This document shows positions 1 through 13,790 of a DNA stretch of 64,000 nucleotides, one piece after another. A model generated the notes under the pieces. The model worked only from the letters and a program-made list of their open reading frames with translations. It did no database searches and was not told the DNA's origin. The first letter of the stretch is position 1; each line of letters begins with the position of its first letter. A program made the translations under genes and the position numbers. The DNA lies in assembly GCA_951406725.2 (NCBI GenBank), contig OX597822.1, positions 21,142,001 through 21,206,000 of the forward strand. Reading direction: 5' to 3'. Source of the DNA: Octopus vulgaris (taxonomy: Eukaryota).

Positions 1-167
1 TTCAAGTTGTCACTACCAAAATATTTTTCACCAAGCCATGCCAGGAATATCTTTTTCTCCTATTGTCTTTGATAGATAGGCCTTTCTTAGCACCATTAAA
101 GACCCCTGAGTAAAGCAATGCACAGGTTCTCCAACATACACAATCATAGCATAGGTAGATTAATATT

Positions 168-232
168 GGGCCCCTACACCTATGGGTACCCCTAAGTAAC
201 TGCCCAGTGTGCTCGTGCTTTAAGACAGCACT
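168..232. mobile_element. Probable terminal inverted repeat (one end) of a non-autonomous hAT-like DNA element
   Basis: GGGTACCCCTAAGTAACTGCCCAGTGTGCTCGTGCTTTAAGACAGCACT resembles the ...GCAACTGCCCAGTGTGCCCATGCGTTAAGACGGCACTG type of MITE end (recalled from memory); no partner end in the window. Confidence 0.35.
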
Positions 233-319
233 TATTTTAGGTCTTCAATTTCAGATGTGTTTTTGCCAGCATGTTAGTGGTCTTTATTCTTTATTAGGGT
301 TTTGGAAGTCACCAAAATA

Positions 320-462
320 TTAGGTTGTCCCAAAAGTTCGTAAACACTTGCGAAAATTGAATTTTTACTCGCCAAGTACTAACAAAAACAACAAAAATTA
401 TTCCTCAAAATAAAGACCATTATTTTCCAAGACTTTCTACGAACTTTTGGGACAACCTTATA
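320..462. mobile_element. Tc1/mariner-type MITE (~140 bp)
   Basis: TIRs TAGGTTGTCCCAAAAGTTCGT (321-341) and ACGAACTTTTGGGACAACCT (439-458), TA-flanked, no coding capacity. Confidence 0.8.
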
Positions 463-2254
463 TAACATACATATGGCAGTGGTCAGCAATGGGTGGAATG
501 TGTCTCCTATTTGGTCTTGTACTAATGCCATGTGATATTTTGAGCCCTCATGAGAAACCTAGTGTGCAGAGACTTCACCATATTTGCAAAAGAAGTGATA
601 AAAAAAACTCACAGAGTGTACAATATTGTACATAAAAAAAGTGTAGAAAATTAGCATATTTCGAAAAATAAATCACCGAGGGAATTGTAATCATAGAAAT
701 ATAATAACTAGTTTCCAAAACTCATTAACTTTATATTTCATGTCTCTTTCACATTCCTATATAATAACAGAGTTGTTATTTGTAATATTATAGAAGAATT
801 GTTTTAAATGACTATATCAACCATTCTTAAAAAATAGGGCCTAAAAAACCTAAACAAAATAAAATATTTCAATATGTGAAATCCATTAGAGTTTTTGTCA
901 GACAACATGCATATTAAAAATTCAGCTTGTTGCCATGATTTATGGATATATTAATTATTTGTAAGTATTAATATCAGAATCCACCAAAGGCTTCAAATTT
1001 AAAGTATTTATCCCAATATCAGAATGATTTATTATTAGAATATAAAGAAGTTATTAATATAGAGCTGCAAGTGGTTGAGAACTTGAAAGGGTCAATTAAT
1101 AGAGAAATGCTTCTCCTAATGCAGTAAATATTTATAACTGCAGTCGATGACATTGGTCCTAATGTAGTCTCTTGTAACCCAATTCAGAGGTGGTAGAGTA
1201 TTGTTCTTGTTGTTTTCCACTCAAAGAATTTTTAAACCTAAAATTTTTAGCTAATGCAGCATATTGGTACATATTTACAGATAAGCAGAGTGTGCCAATT
1301 GGAGATAAGTACTTTTGTCAGAGACATTATTTAGCATTAGAGATGTGGTACTTATAACTATTTCTTCAGGAGTGTTGTTAACTAGTGATATGATACATAT
1401 ACCTATTCCATCAGACGCTGAGTATTAGTTATTAGCTAAAATTATGTTCTTTTACACTTTGCATATTTATTTCTAGTCAGCTTCTAAATGTTTTATCCAT
1501 TACATATGTTGCCAGTATGAATAGGTATCATTCATTCTGTTATTAGCAGTGGTTGTCAAAGTTACTATCAGTTGTGGTAGTCTTTCAGTTAACTCATTGG
1601 CAATGAAATTTACAAGTATATTTTTATGTATGAATAACTTTTGTGAGAGTTTCACATGAATCTTGAAAGTGTTAACTTCTCCAGTGCAAAACTTACAGGT
1701 AATATACTTTTATATTGCAGTCATTTCATATATATATATATACATACACATACACGCATAAAGATGTGGGGGGTATACACACACACACACACACACACAC
1801 ATAGAGCCAACAGCTAAATATGTAAGAAAGTTAATTCATTGAGAACAGGCAGCACCAGTTACAATAGTCACTTATATTACATAATACTCTTAACACACTG
1901 ATAGGTGAAAGAATTAACTCCTTCATAATAGAATTTTGAATTAGAATAGTTACATGTAGTATTAATAGTGAAGTCTAATTATATTCTGGTGTGAATGATG
2001 AAAAATCTTTCAGTTTGAATTATAAGAGCTTCCAGAGTAACAAAGTAACAGAAAGTAAATTGATATTGTGTTTCTTCATTGCTGTTTTCTGAATTTATTC
2101 AAAAATATAATTAGTTTACTTTTCGAAATTTCTTTCTGTCTCAAGATATAATCTCTAGGAGTTCATGTTTTTTAACATAAGGTTAGCATTTCTAAAGTAC
2201 GAAACCGGATTTGAAGATATTTATAGATGAAATTAGACCTGAAAAAAACTGCAT

Positions 2255-2460
2255 ATCTTGAGAATCCATGGTCCGATTTATGTGAAACTCGTGTTATTCT
2301 GTTTGTATTTATATTTCAATGGCATCTTACTTTCAAAGTATTTTCTCCCATTATATGCTGGATTGGCTATTAGGTACCCCAAAAAGGTACCCCCCAAAAC
2401 CACATATCTTGGTAACCATGGTCCAATTTATGCAAAACTTGTTTTATTCTCTTAGTATTC
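2255..2460 (-). mobile_element. Internal repeat modules of a non-autonomous Helitron-like element (related to 4130-4370)
   Basis: Two copies of the module ATATCTTG..ATCCATGGTCCRATTTATGYRAAACTYGTKTTATTCT, which recurs at ~4200-4250. Confidence 0.5.
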
Positions 2461-2641
2461 ACATGAGCATCCAAGTCATGATGTCTCCTGCTTTTGTCTC
2501 TTTCCCTCTGTTTTGCCAGATGCCCAACTCTCCGAGCATCCAATTACTGATCTCTCCTGCTTCTGTCTCTTTCCCTCCATTCCACCAGACACTTAGCCCT
2601 TGTTTTATCAGTCTCATCAATCCTTCTATTTGCTTATCTTG

Positions 2642-3352
2642 GGTAAATATTTTGTAAAGGACCCATTTGTACTTCATTGTGAAATAGTTTTTTGCACAAG
2701 TTTTTGCAAGTGCATTCAAATTATCTGACCTCCAAACCTGCTGCAGCTACTTTCTTCCAGAAAAGAAAGGGGTGGAGGGGTGGGGACCTCAGAGTTTCTC
2801 AAGAAATTCTAAGTGTTCCACCAATGGAGTTTTGTTTCATGGGGTTTTTTTCTTTTCCTGGTTATTTTGTATGCTTTCAACAAAAGCAACATCGAAATCA
2901 CATGTATACAGCTCCTTTCCCGAGAAAAGGAAAGATTTGGCTGCTATTTCTAGCACGCCCATCTACCACGTAACAGCTATTTCGGGTCCTTTATCGCAAA
3001 TAACTGTTACGTGGTAGCAGGGCATGCTAAAAATAGCAGCCAAGTCTTTCCTTTTCTGAGGAAAGGAGCCATTTACATGTGATTTTTGATGTCACATTCA
3101 TTTGGCCTGCTTACAAGCAGGGCAAATAAACTGGAGAAGAAAAGAAAACTCCACGAAGCAAAACTCCATTGGTGGGAAACTTGGAGTGTCCCAGAAAACT
3201 CCGAGGTCCCCATCACCCCTACACTGCTTTCTTTTCTGGAAAAAAGTGACATGTGGTGGGTTTGGAGGATACATTGAATGCACTTGAAAAAACCCGTAGA
3301 AAAAAATTATTTCACACCAAAGTACAAATGGGTTCTTTACAAAATATTTACC
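2642..3352. mobile_element. ~710-bp imperfect palindrome (foldback element / long-TIR MITE)
   Basis: GGTAAATATTTTGTAAAGGACCCATTTGTACTT at the left pairs with AAGTACAAATGGGTTCTTTACAAAATATTTACC at the right; complementarity continues to a small loop near 2985-2995. Confidence 0.85.
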
Positions 3353-3354
3353 TT

Positions 3355-4010
3355 TTTAAAGTCATTTTCACTTAAAAATATTTTTTAAATATACCAAAAA
3401 AATTTTTGTAACGGTATTCACTTGAAAATGACTTTTTAAAAAAATTTAAAGAAAGCTAAAATATAAATACAGTAAATACTCACTGTACAAACAATTTGTA
3501 TCCTTTAAGTCATTTTCGCTTAAAAATATTTTTTAGATATGCCAAAACAAAATTTTGGAATGGTATTCACTTGAAAATAATTATAAAAAAAATTTAAATA
3601 TTGTCTGTTTAAAGAAAGCAAAATATAAATACTTACTGTACAAACAACTTATATTTTTGAAATCACATTCATCATCAACGTCATCATCATTTAATGTCCA
3701 CTTTCCATGCTGGCATGGGTTAGACGGTTTGACTGAGGTCTGGCAAGCCAGGAGGCTGCACCAGGCTCCAATCTGATCTGACAAGGTTTCTACAGCTGGA
3801 CACCCTTCCTAACGCCAGCCGTTCCAAGAGTGTAGTGGGTGCTTTTTATGTGCCACCAGCACAGGAGCTAGTCAGGCAGCACTGGCATCAACCACACTCA
3901 AATGGTACTTTTTATGTGCCACCGAAAAATATTTCTAAAGGATTAAAATATTGTGTTTAACAAAAGCAAAAATAGAAACATTTACTGTAAAAAGAACTCG
4001 TACTTTTTCA
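3355..4010. repeat. Diverged local tandem repeat, ~150-bp unit, 2-3 copies, interrupted by an RTE 3'-UTR insertion
   Basis: AAGTCATTTTCRCTTAAAAATATTTTTT...GGTATTCACTTGAAAAT...ACTGTACAAACAA occurs at ~3359 and ~3507; a partial third copy resumes after 3925. Confidence 0.7.
3668..3924 (-). mobile_element. 5'-truncated RTE-LINE 3' UTR with (GAT)n tail
   Basis: Reverse complement of the family at 13449-13733 and 17628-18253; (CAT)n at the left end. Confidence 0.8.
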
Positions 4011-4129
4011 TTGGCAAGTTAAAGTCACTAAGACTTTTGCCCAAATTGTGAAGTTTGTCTTCAAAATACAGAAGACATTGATCATGATGTTTCTAATCAA
4101 AGGGTTTGAGTTTCTTCCCTTTCAGGGTT

Positions 4130-4370
4130 ATATTATTTTCAGAGTACTTTCCCATAATGCACTGTTTAGAGTATTTATGAATACTACCAAAACCACCCCA
4201 TATCTCAGGAATCCTTGGTCCAATTTCTGTGAAATTTGTTTTATTCTGTTTGTATTCACATTTCATGGGTACTTTAATTCATATTATTTTCCCATTATGC
4301 ACCAATTCGACTGCATTAAATGACAGACAAGCAAGCAGGCAAGCAATCAGAGTTTTAGTAGTATATAGAT
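4130..4370 (-). mobile_element. 5' end of a non-autonomous Helitron-like element
   Basis: Minus strand reads A|TCTATATACTACTAAAACTCTG followed by a (CTTG/CTGT)n microsatellite, the typical 5' layout of non-autonomous Helitrons. Confidence 0.55.
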
Positions 4371-7239
4371 GGGTTACCTTTTCTTATAATTTTTGTCGTA
4401 TTTATTTTGAAAAGATGGTCATTAGCCATTCATTGGAATCTCTAATTACTGTTAAATCCTTAAGTGTGATATAAACGTGAAACTGAATATCATCTAGGAA
4501 TACTGAGCCAAAGAGAGAAATGTTCTTCCTGTAAGCACCACAGCACATTGACATTAATTTAGCAAAATTTGAATCAAGAATCAAGAAATTTGAATCTACA
4601 ATATTGAAGTTACAACTTTTGTGACTTTATATAAAAATGGTTCTGAACATTTGAATATTCATTTGACTGGCTTCAGCATTTTTGCTGTTTTTACATTTTG
4701 ATGTTCTTGCAGTAGTAGAACAAATGTATTCTGCAGAATCTGTCTACTTACTACTGCAGTTTATGAGTAAAATATTTAAAGATGATGTAAAAATCATTGT
4801 AGATATTGGAACAACTGTTGGTAATCCACAAATTTATCAATCTTTTGACAAATTTTGCTTTTTTATAGTTGACTCATTCTTCTATACTTAATCACTATTT
4901 AGTTTTAATTTCTAACCGAAGCAATTTTTCTTTGGTTAAAGTAGAAATTTCAGGGCTCCTTACTTCTTTTCCTTAAAGCATTTTGTTTATTTTGTAAGGC
5001 TTAAACCATTTTTTGCTTTCCTTCATATTACCTCCAATCAATACATTACAAGCTTAAAGTAAATAACTACAAAAATACAATCTATGAAATTATTTTAGAA
5101 AATAAAAGAAAATAGAAAAAATAGATTATTGAAACCTTGCCCCAATGAAGTACGTTTTCTGTTACCAACAGCAGCTAGCTACATCAGGAAGGAAAAATAA
5201 ATGTAATCATTTGTTCTTGGCTATGCCATTGCCACCACTATCATAGTCACCATTTTCCTTTTTTATTTTTTTCTTAAAGCCCCTCTTTTATGATGATGTC
5301 AGTTGGGTGATTTAGCAGAACTCCTTAATGCTACAGTGTCTACCTTGGTATGTTTTTTATGGCTGGATGCCCTTCCTAAAGCCAGACACCTTAAATCCCT
5401 TTATTAGATTTTTTAAAACTTTGTTTTCTCAATTTATGTATTTAAAAAAAATATATATATATCTTTGAAAAATAGATGTCTTAAAAATGGTTTGGTTTGT
5501 TTGGGAGACTGTATTTAAAAAGTATAAAATCATGAAAAATTTTAAAAAAGCACATTTTTTTAGATACATCTTTAACAAACCTTTGTAGACTGTCAACTTT
5601 GAAATCTTGCTCTTCCACTTCATGCTGTTGCTCGATAACCCTTTATTATAATTTACTACAACTGCCATATTCTTAAAGTAACTCAGATAAAGAATGCCTT
5701 TATGTTCAGTTTAAGTATTGCCTAACTACAATCAAATGATTCCTTTCTTGATGCCAGCTTCAATTGCTTTAATTGTACCAGTATCATCCTTTCCATTCTC
5801 TTACACTTCAGTTATTCACATTAGTCTATGACTAATATACATAACATTACAGTAACTGTATTTTCAGTAGCACACCTTTCATATATACTTGCTCTCAAGT
5901 TGTTCAAATTCATATTCATAAGGTTTTTATACAATAATATCAACCCAAGTAATGACTTTCCTTTCAACATTTTATCAAAATTACCCTGACCTTAAATTCT
6001 GTTTAAGCACTTACTGGAATTCCAAACGACTCATATTTTATCTCAGTGATTCCCATTATACCAGCTTTTATCATCGAGACTTCTATCTGGTTGGATCCAA
6101 CCTCCAGATCAATTTGAGATCAGGTATGATAAATTATTGATTTTCTTTCTAAGTTGACAATTACTTATCTTCTAGAGGAGATACAGCCAACTGTATTGAC
6201 TACAACATGTAACTAGAGAATTATTTATCAACCCAAGAAGGACAAAATGTAACAGCTTAAGATGTTATAGGATTGGCCTATTCTCACTGGTTGGTGGGTA
6301 AGTAATAAACTAATATACCATTATAGTGAGAAAGGTATTGAATGACTTACAGATAAGTTCAGCCAATGCTGCTGGTTGAGAAAAATACTTTTTGGAAAAA
6401 ACACAGTATTTGTTTTATCAAATTATATGGATAAAAAAAAAAAAGAATTATACCACCATTTCTTTGGGTGAGTGGTTAATGATAGAAACAGCATTTAACA
6501 AGAATACATCTACTCACACAATATGCTTACATATAGTTACATATATGCAAACACACGCACAAATATACACATACATATTTATAAATGTATGTACATGTGT
6601 TTGTGTGTGTGTGCTTGTGTGTACACACATATGCATGCACATGCATACACAAATACTCAAATTTCAGAACCACCCGAGCATCACAAACCTCAATAAAGAT
6701 GTAAAAGAGTAGTAATTTTATAATAATATTTAAAAATTTCTGAAGTGCTACTATTGTTTAGTGTTTTTATTGCATTACAAAAATAAAGATTAATTAAAAT
6801 AATATGTAAAAAAAATAGTTAAATTATACCATAGCTGAATATTTTGAAGAAAAATACTGCATTGAAATTCATATATATTTAGCTGTTGAAGCAAATATAT
6901 TTCCCATTTGAACTTTAATGATTAAATTAAGCTAATTCTATATCAATTTAGCCATAAAACCATTTCTGCAGATCTGACAATTATGGGTTCTTACTTGTAA
7001 GGTTTATAAGCGCTTGTCAGGAAATTTGTTGATGTTTAATTTGAAATGTGTCTTTTCTATTCTTGTAAAGGTTGTTCCAAGTGAATTCTCACATTGCCTG
7101 ATCAAACTACTGTCCATCGCATTGATTAGCATATAGTTTCTTAGAGTCACAATAAAAGATCGATTATTATGAATTGCTTGTTAATTACATCTAGAGAAAT
7201 AAAAACTTATGCATAGAAACTTTCTCAAATTTTTCCACT

Positions 7240-8075
7240 TTTGCTTTTGATTTTTCTTATATTTTCCTTTAGATTTGCTTCCTTTTATTCTCTTTTTATA
7301 ATTCATTTAATCATTCATTCATCATTGTAGTCTTTTTCTTTTAGTTCTCTTTCTTTCATTCACTTCTTTTCTATGCTTTTTCGAAGTTACCAATGGACAT
7401 CTCTCTTCCACACCTCCTTACATGTTCTAGCTACAAGTGCCTCTGCCATTAAATTCACTAAACCAATGACTGCCAGTTATAGCAACAATCCTTCCCTTAC
7501 ACATTTTCACTTGCTGAATTATAAATTTATTACTCTTTCATTTTCTTTCTTTTTCCCTCACCTCACACTTTTCCTTCTCTCTTCTTTTTGTTTCTCACTT
7601 TCGTTCTCTTCCATCTTGATTTCTATTCTACACTTTTATCTAATCAGTTTAATTTTTTCTTTTTCACTATCTTACTCTCTTTATAGCTTATTGCTCTTCT
7701 TTTTTTCCCTCTCTCCTTCTCTACCTCTTTTATTGTTTCTCTTCCTTTACTCTCTCTCTCTCTTTGTCTTTCCCTTTTTCTCTTATTGTTCCTTTACTTT
7801 GCCCCTTCCTCACTTGCTCCATTCCCATTATTATTTCCCTTTCTTTTCCTTCTATCTTATTCCCTCTTATTTTCTTTTTCACCTACTCTTCACTTATTCT
7901 TTCTCTCTTAGTTTTCTCTTTTTTTCCCACCTCTCTCTCTCTTTCTCTCTTCTTTTTTCTCTATTTTGTTTTGTTTACTTCTTCCTGTATTGTCTTTATC
8001 TCTCTCTTGCTCATTTTCGTATTTTTTTTCTGTCTTGTTTCCCCCTCACTTTTCATCTTCAATCACAAAATCTCC
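7240..8075. repeat. ~830-bp polypyrimidine (CT-rich) low-complexity tract
   Basis: Nearly all C/T on the + strand apart from an A-richer stretch near 7380-7530; it produces the spurious F/L/S-rich ORFs 7373-8128 and 7764-8114. Confidence 0.9.
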
Positions 8076-10700
8076 CCGCTCTTACACAACACTCTCAGCC
8101 CCCACAAAACGTAATTAAACAAAAATAAAAATAGACTTGAAGTATCCACTAGTGTCTGGATAACTATAGCTGCACCATAGTTTTGAATAGTATGGCTGAT
8201 AGAGGCCAAATTCCACAATGGGTCATTCTACAGATAACAAAATATCACTGAAGAAGAAGTGAGGCAGCAAGAAGTAAAAATTCTGTGGCTCTATTGTTCT
8301 GGTTTCAGTAGCTTTTCTTTAAAAGCTCTACTAAATGTCATACTGATGTAAAACTTGCTAATGAACTGTCTTTTTTTTCTTTTTTTTTTTTGCTATAGCA
8401 AAAAGCAAAATTAAATATCACCCTCTATTTGCACCAACTCATACACGCACACAAAACATAAATGCATATACATATACACACATATACATCAAACATACAT
8501 ATATAGGCCCATGCAAACATACATATATAGACAATGAATTCATTCACATATACATAGTCTTTTATGCACATATAAATTTATATATTCATGTATACATGGA
8601 TCCATTGACAAAACTTCTACTGACTTTATTTCATTCTTTCCTCTTACACATTATACATACATACTTTTACATATGTATATGCGTATTCAGTTACTCACTT
8701 ACTCAAATCCCCTTCACATACACAAATCCTCACATTTACATTTAATAACATAGTCTAGTACTCACTACACACACACACACGCATGCATATATTTCAGATA
8801 AGTATATATACTATAATGACACCATGAACCATTATCAGAATCTATTATTGGCATGGAATGATTTCGACATTGCATGTTTTTAAATTGAACACAATCAACT
8901 TGGACAATTTAAAAATTCCTCACACCTATAGAGATAAATCATTCTTAGAATGTTTATCATTCTTTACTTTTTAGCTTTTATAATTTTTGTTTCCTTCCAT
9001 TTTATTTTCGAAGTTAATAGAACTTTGCAAAACTTTGATCATTTATTTTAATGACATTTACTGAAAGATTTTATTTTAATTTTGTGCATGTATGTATTGG
9101 TTTCATTAGGAATTTAAGTGTGTTAATTAAAATCATAATCACAATCAGTATCATCAGCTGCCTTATGGTGTTACATAGCTTACCTTTTCATTACATATCA
9201 GATCTTTGTAATGAATGTTTTATCTATTATATGTATTATATACATCATAATTGTTGGAAAAAAAACATGTCACTGGTTCCAGATTCATAATGGAACCAGT
9301 TTACTGCATTGGTGATAGTCATAAGGACTAAGGGAGCATCTGTAATGCGGAATAGAAAAAGTATTGCAAGGGACTTCATGCAAATGGAACTCGTTTTGGT
9401 TTCTCTTGCTGATGTTTTAACACATTGGTAATATAAATTGATGAAATATATACACACACATATATATGAACATATTCACAAACACACATACATATATATA
9501 TATGTACATATATGTATATACACACATATACTTACACACACATTTATAAATGCATTTATAAGTGCTTTCAATGATAGCATGGGTCAGAATGGGAAGTACT
9601 TGGGAGTAAGAGTTTTATGGCTAAATACCCTGTAACCAACAATTACTGAATTTTCAAGTAAAGAACATTTTACTTTAGAGAAACTTTAAAATGCAGAGCT
9701 AGGAGGTGGTTTGTTGACAAAGAACATCAACAAACATCACCAGTTTCTGCCCAACAATAAACAATGGCATAACAGTTTGCAATTCCCCTACAAATGAGGA
9801 TGTCACCATTTATAACTTAATGCAGATTCTAAACATTCATACATAACACACATACACATGCACACATATGGTGTGCTTCCTTCAGTTTTCATCAGCCAAA
9901 TTCCATCAGAAGGCAATGGTTGACCCAGGGCTTTAGTAGAAAATACATGCCCAAGCTATCATGCATAGAATTTGAAATTAAAATTTAAATGATTGAGAAG
10001 TAAATTTCTTAATTACACAGTCATACTACTACTACTTATGCTTGTCTCTCATTCCCCATTGCTCCTGCAGTCCAGTGCCACTGTGTCATCTTTCTCTCCT
10101 GTTTCCACCTTCCCAAATATATAGAGCAGGTGCATTGCCATCCTGCATCTCCTCTATATACTCGTGTTCACCACTCACTGCAATTCCTCTTTGCCTCCCT
10201 TCTATTTTCTACTCTTCTTTTGCATGCTTTTGAAGTCCCTCATTCTGTCCAATCTTCTGTACCACTTCATTTACATTCACCTCCCTGTATTTTGAGAATA
10301 TGCCCTGACATCTTCACCATCATCATCTCTCTCTCCCTCTTCCCCCTCTCTCTTTTTTTCTTTCTCTCTCATCTGGCTGAATTAACCATAAATCTTCTGT
10401 AGAGGAAGACACTGCTTTCTTTCCCTCTATCACACTCTAACCTCCCAATATCTGGCATTAAGCCACCTCCCTCACTACTACCCCACCTCTCATTTGAGAG
10501 ATTCTTGTCTTGCTAATTGCTTGGTGGCCTTGCTAATGCCTGTGTTATGTAAAAAGCACCTGGTACATTTTCTAAAGTGGCTGATGTTAGGAAAGTTATC
10601 TAGCTATAGAACCGATGACAAAGGAGACAGTAGAACCTGATGCAGCTCTTATCAAACAGTCATAAACATATATATGTGCGTATATGTATATGTGTGTGTA

Positions 10701-11977
10701 TTGAGTCATCCCATAAATAATGCAATTTTTCAATTGCATGAACTAAAAGTTGAAGTGGGAGGGACAGGATAAACTACCTGCATCAACTTGCTATAAAAAC
10801 AGGTAGTAATTTTACCTTATATTTATTCTTAGTGCAAGTTTTGAAGAGTGCAGTTCGATTTTAACAATTATTTTTTTCAAAGCTATAATGAAAGTGACAA
10901 AGGAGCATATTCGGCATCTTTTGCTTTATGAGTTCAATAAAGACAACAACGCAACGGAAAGTGCAAGGAATATTAATGCAGTATATGGGATTGGACAATA
11001 AGCCAATGTCAACGGTGGTTCCAGAAATTCCAAGCCAGAAACTACAGCCTAGAAGATGACCCTCATCCTGGAAGATCTGTAGAGCTCAAGGAGGATGTCC
11101 TGCAAACCCTGGTGAAACAAAATCCCATCATAACTGTTGAGGAACTAGCAGAGAAGCTTGGATTTGGTCATTCAACCATTCATTGACATCTGTGTGCCAT
11201 CAGAAAGGTCAGCAAATTGGGTCAATGGGTTCCTCATAAACTTTCTGAGTCTAATCGTGTGCAGTGAGTGAATATGTGTTCTTCTTCGTTGTCATGTCTC
11301 ACAAATGAACCTTTTTTGGACCCAATAGAGACTGGTGACAAGAAATTGATTCTCTATAAAAATGTCAAGCGCTGAAGACAGTGGACAGAGAAAGGAGAAA
11401 CATGTAAGGTGTTATTATATGTTTAGTGGGATATGAAAGGTTTAGTCCACTTTGAACTTTTAAATCCAAACCAAACGATAACAAAAGAGATCTGCTGGGA
11501 GTAGCTTGAGTGGCTTAAGTCAGTGCTAGAAGAAAATTACCATCTTTGGTTTCAAGACGAAAATGACCATCTTTGGTTTCAAGATGAAAGGTGTTCCTCC
11601 ATCAGGATAATGCTCAGTCACATACAGTAAAGATGACATTCCATAGGCTAGAGCAGTTTGAGTGGGAAACGATGCCCCACCCACCATATTTGCCAGACAT
11701 TGGCCCATCTGATTATCATTTATTCTGCAGTGTTCAAAATCATTTGGACGGAAAAAATATGAATTCTGTAGACAAGGTCGGAACAGTACTGGAGGAGTAT
11801 TTTTTGTCATGGACAAGTGAATTTTGGAAGAGGGCCTTGCAAGTCTACCAGGTAGATGAAAGAGCATTGTAGGAAATGAAAAAGGGTATATTTTAGATTA
11901 AAAAATAACTTTGTTTATCTTAATTTTGAAAAATAAAAGAATTATAAAAATACCACATTATTTATGGGATGACCCAA
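10701..11977 (+). mobile_element. Full-length but inactive mariner (DD34D) transposon, 1277 bp
   Basis: TIRs TTGAGTCATCCCATAAATAATG and CATTATTTATGGGATGACCCAA, TA target duplications at 10699-10700 and 11978-11979, internal transposase remnant. Confidence 0.95.
10888..11901 (+). pseudogene. Mariner transposase pseudogene (stops and frameshifts)
   Basis: Starts MKVTKEHIRHLLLYEF; motifs WVPHKL, TGDKK, HQDNAQSH and HPPYLPDIGPSDYHLF; internal ~27-bp tandem duplication near 11533-11590. Confidence 0.93.
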
Positions 11978-12127
11978 TATATTAAAGATTTGTAAGTATG
12001 TGGCATTTTGTTACATAAACACAATACTATAAGGTATAAGGTATAAGGTATAAACACATACTATAAGGTATACTAATATTTTCATAAGTCAGTACCACAT
12101 TCTATTGCTTCAGCAGTGCTTTTACAT

Positions 12128-12597
12128 TATTTTGTTAAGGTTATTTCTACAGATATTCTATAGGAATTATAGCCAGCATTGATTTTTGCTACATTTTGTA
12201 TTGAGACGTCAAATGTAAACAGACAATGTGATAGAAGACAAAAGTGGGTAATGAGTGTATATGCCATATTTCGGGGTTTGTTACCCCTTCTTCAGCATTC
12301 ATCTAATCTACTGTTGCCTCTGAACACATTCCTTATATCCTTATATAGCCACCGCATACAGCGGTGTTAAGTTATTGCGGTGGCTATATAAGCAATGTGT
12401 TCAAAGGCAATAGTGGGTTAGATGAATGCTGAAGAAGGGGCAACAAACACCCAAATATGGCATATACACTAATTACCCACTTTTGTCTTCTATCACATTG
12501 TCTCTTTATATCTGATGTCTCAATACGAAACGTATCTAAAAAATAGTACTGGCTATAAGTTCTATAGAACATCTGGAGAAATAACTTTAACAAAATG
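12128..12597. mobile_element. ~470-bp inverted duplication of a hammerhead-bearing repeat (Penelope-like inverted pLTR structure)
   Basis: Arms 12128-12355 and 12376-12597 are diverged reverse complements; each carries GCTGAAGAAGGGG-loop-CCCC-GAAA or a decayed version of it. Confidence 0.75.
12250..12303 (-). ncRNA. Type I hammerhead ribozyme motif
   Basis: Minus strand: GAUGAAUG CUGAAGA A GGGG UAACAAA CCCC GAA AUAU GGC AUAU A CACUCAUU. Stems I (one mismatch), II and III all pair; cleavage triplet AUA. The right-arm copy (12421-12474) has GAAA>CAAA. Confidence 0.75.
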
Positions 12598-12607
12598 ACC
12601 CAATAAA

Positions 12608-13186
<579 letters not shown>

Positions 13187-13194
13187 TATACACA

Positions 13195-13400
13195 CGAGAG
13201 GGTACTGAAAAATTCTTTGCTTTAAGGGTATCACGAAAGGTCTGGCTGGAGGCCCAACCTTCTGGGTTCTTTTACAGGGCTTAGAAAAACTGAAATACCA
13301 CTGCAATAAGTGTGTGAGTCTGAGAGGGGAATATGTTGAATAAATTCAATCCTGAACATTCTTTTACCTAAAGCCAGAAACTTTTCAGCATCCCTTCATA
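13195..13400 (+). mobile_element. Mariner-derived MITE (~200 bp)
   Basis: TIRs GAGAGGGTACTGAAAAATTCTTTGCTTTAAGG and CCTAAAGCCAGAAACTTTTCAGCATCCCTTC; the interior retains a transposase C-terminus ([20 protein letters not shown]). Confidence 0.8.
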
Positions 13401-13448
13401 TGTGTGTGTAAGTGATATATATATATATATACATATATATATATTATA

Positions 13449-13730
13449 TTGCCAGCACCGCCCAGACAGGCCTTGTGCCGGTGGCACGTAAAAAGCACCA
13501 TCCGATTGTGGCCGTTTGCCAGACTCATCTGGCACCTGTGTTGGTGGCACGTAAAAAGCACCCACTACACTCATGGAGTGGTTGGCATTAGGAAGGACAT
13601 CCAGCTGTAGAAACATTGCCAGATCAGACTGGGCCTGGTGCAGCCTTCTGGCTTCCCAGACCCCAGTTGAACCGTCCAACTCATGCCAGCATGGAAAGCG
13701 GACGTTAAACGATGATGATGATGATGATGA

Positions 13731-13733
<3 letters not shown>
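13449..13733 (+). mobile_element. 5'-truncated RTE-LINE 3' UTR with (GAT)n tail
   Basis: Highly similar to ~17930-18253; ends CGTTAAAC(GAT)n; embedded in TA repeats. Confidence 0.85.

Positions 13734-13790
<57 letters not shown>

Noticed and set aside
7373-8128. 251-aa hydrophobic ORF resembling a membrane protein
   Set aside because: Polypyrimidine low-complexity tract that lacks stop codons by composition.
11591-11872. Host SETMAR-like gene
   Set aside because: Lies within a TIR/TA-bounded mariner with many stops; no SET domain.
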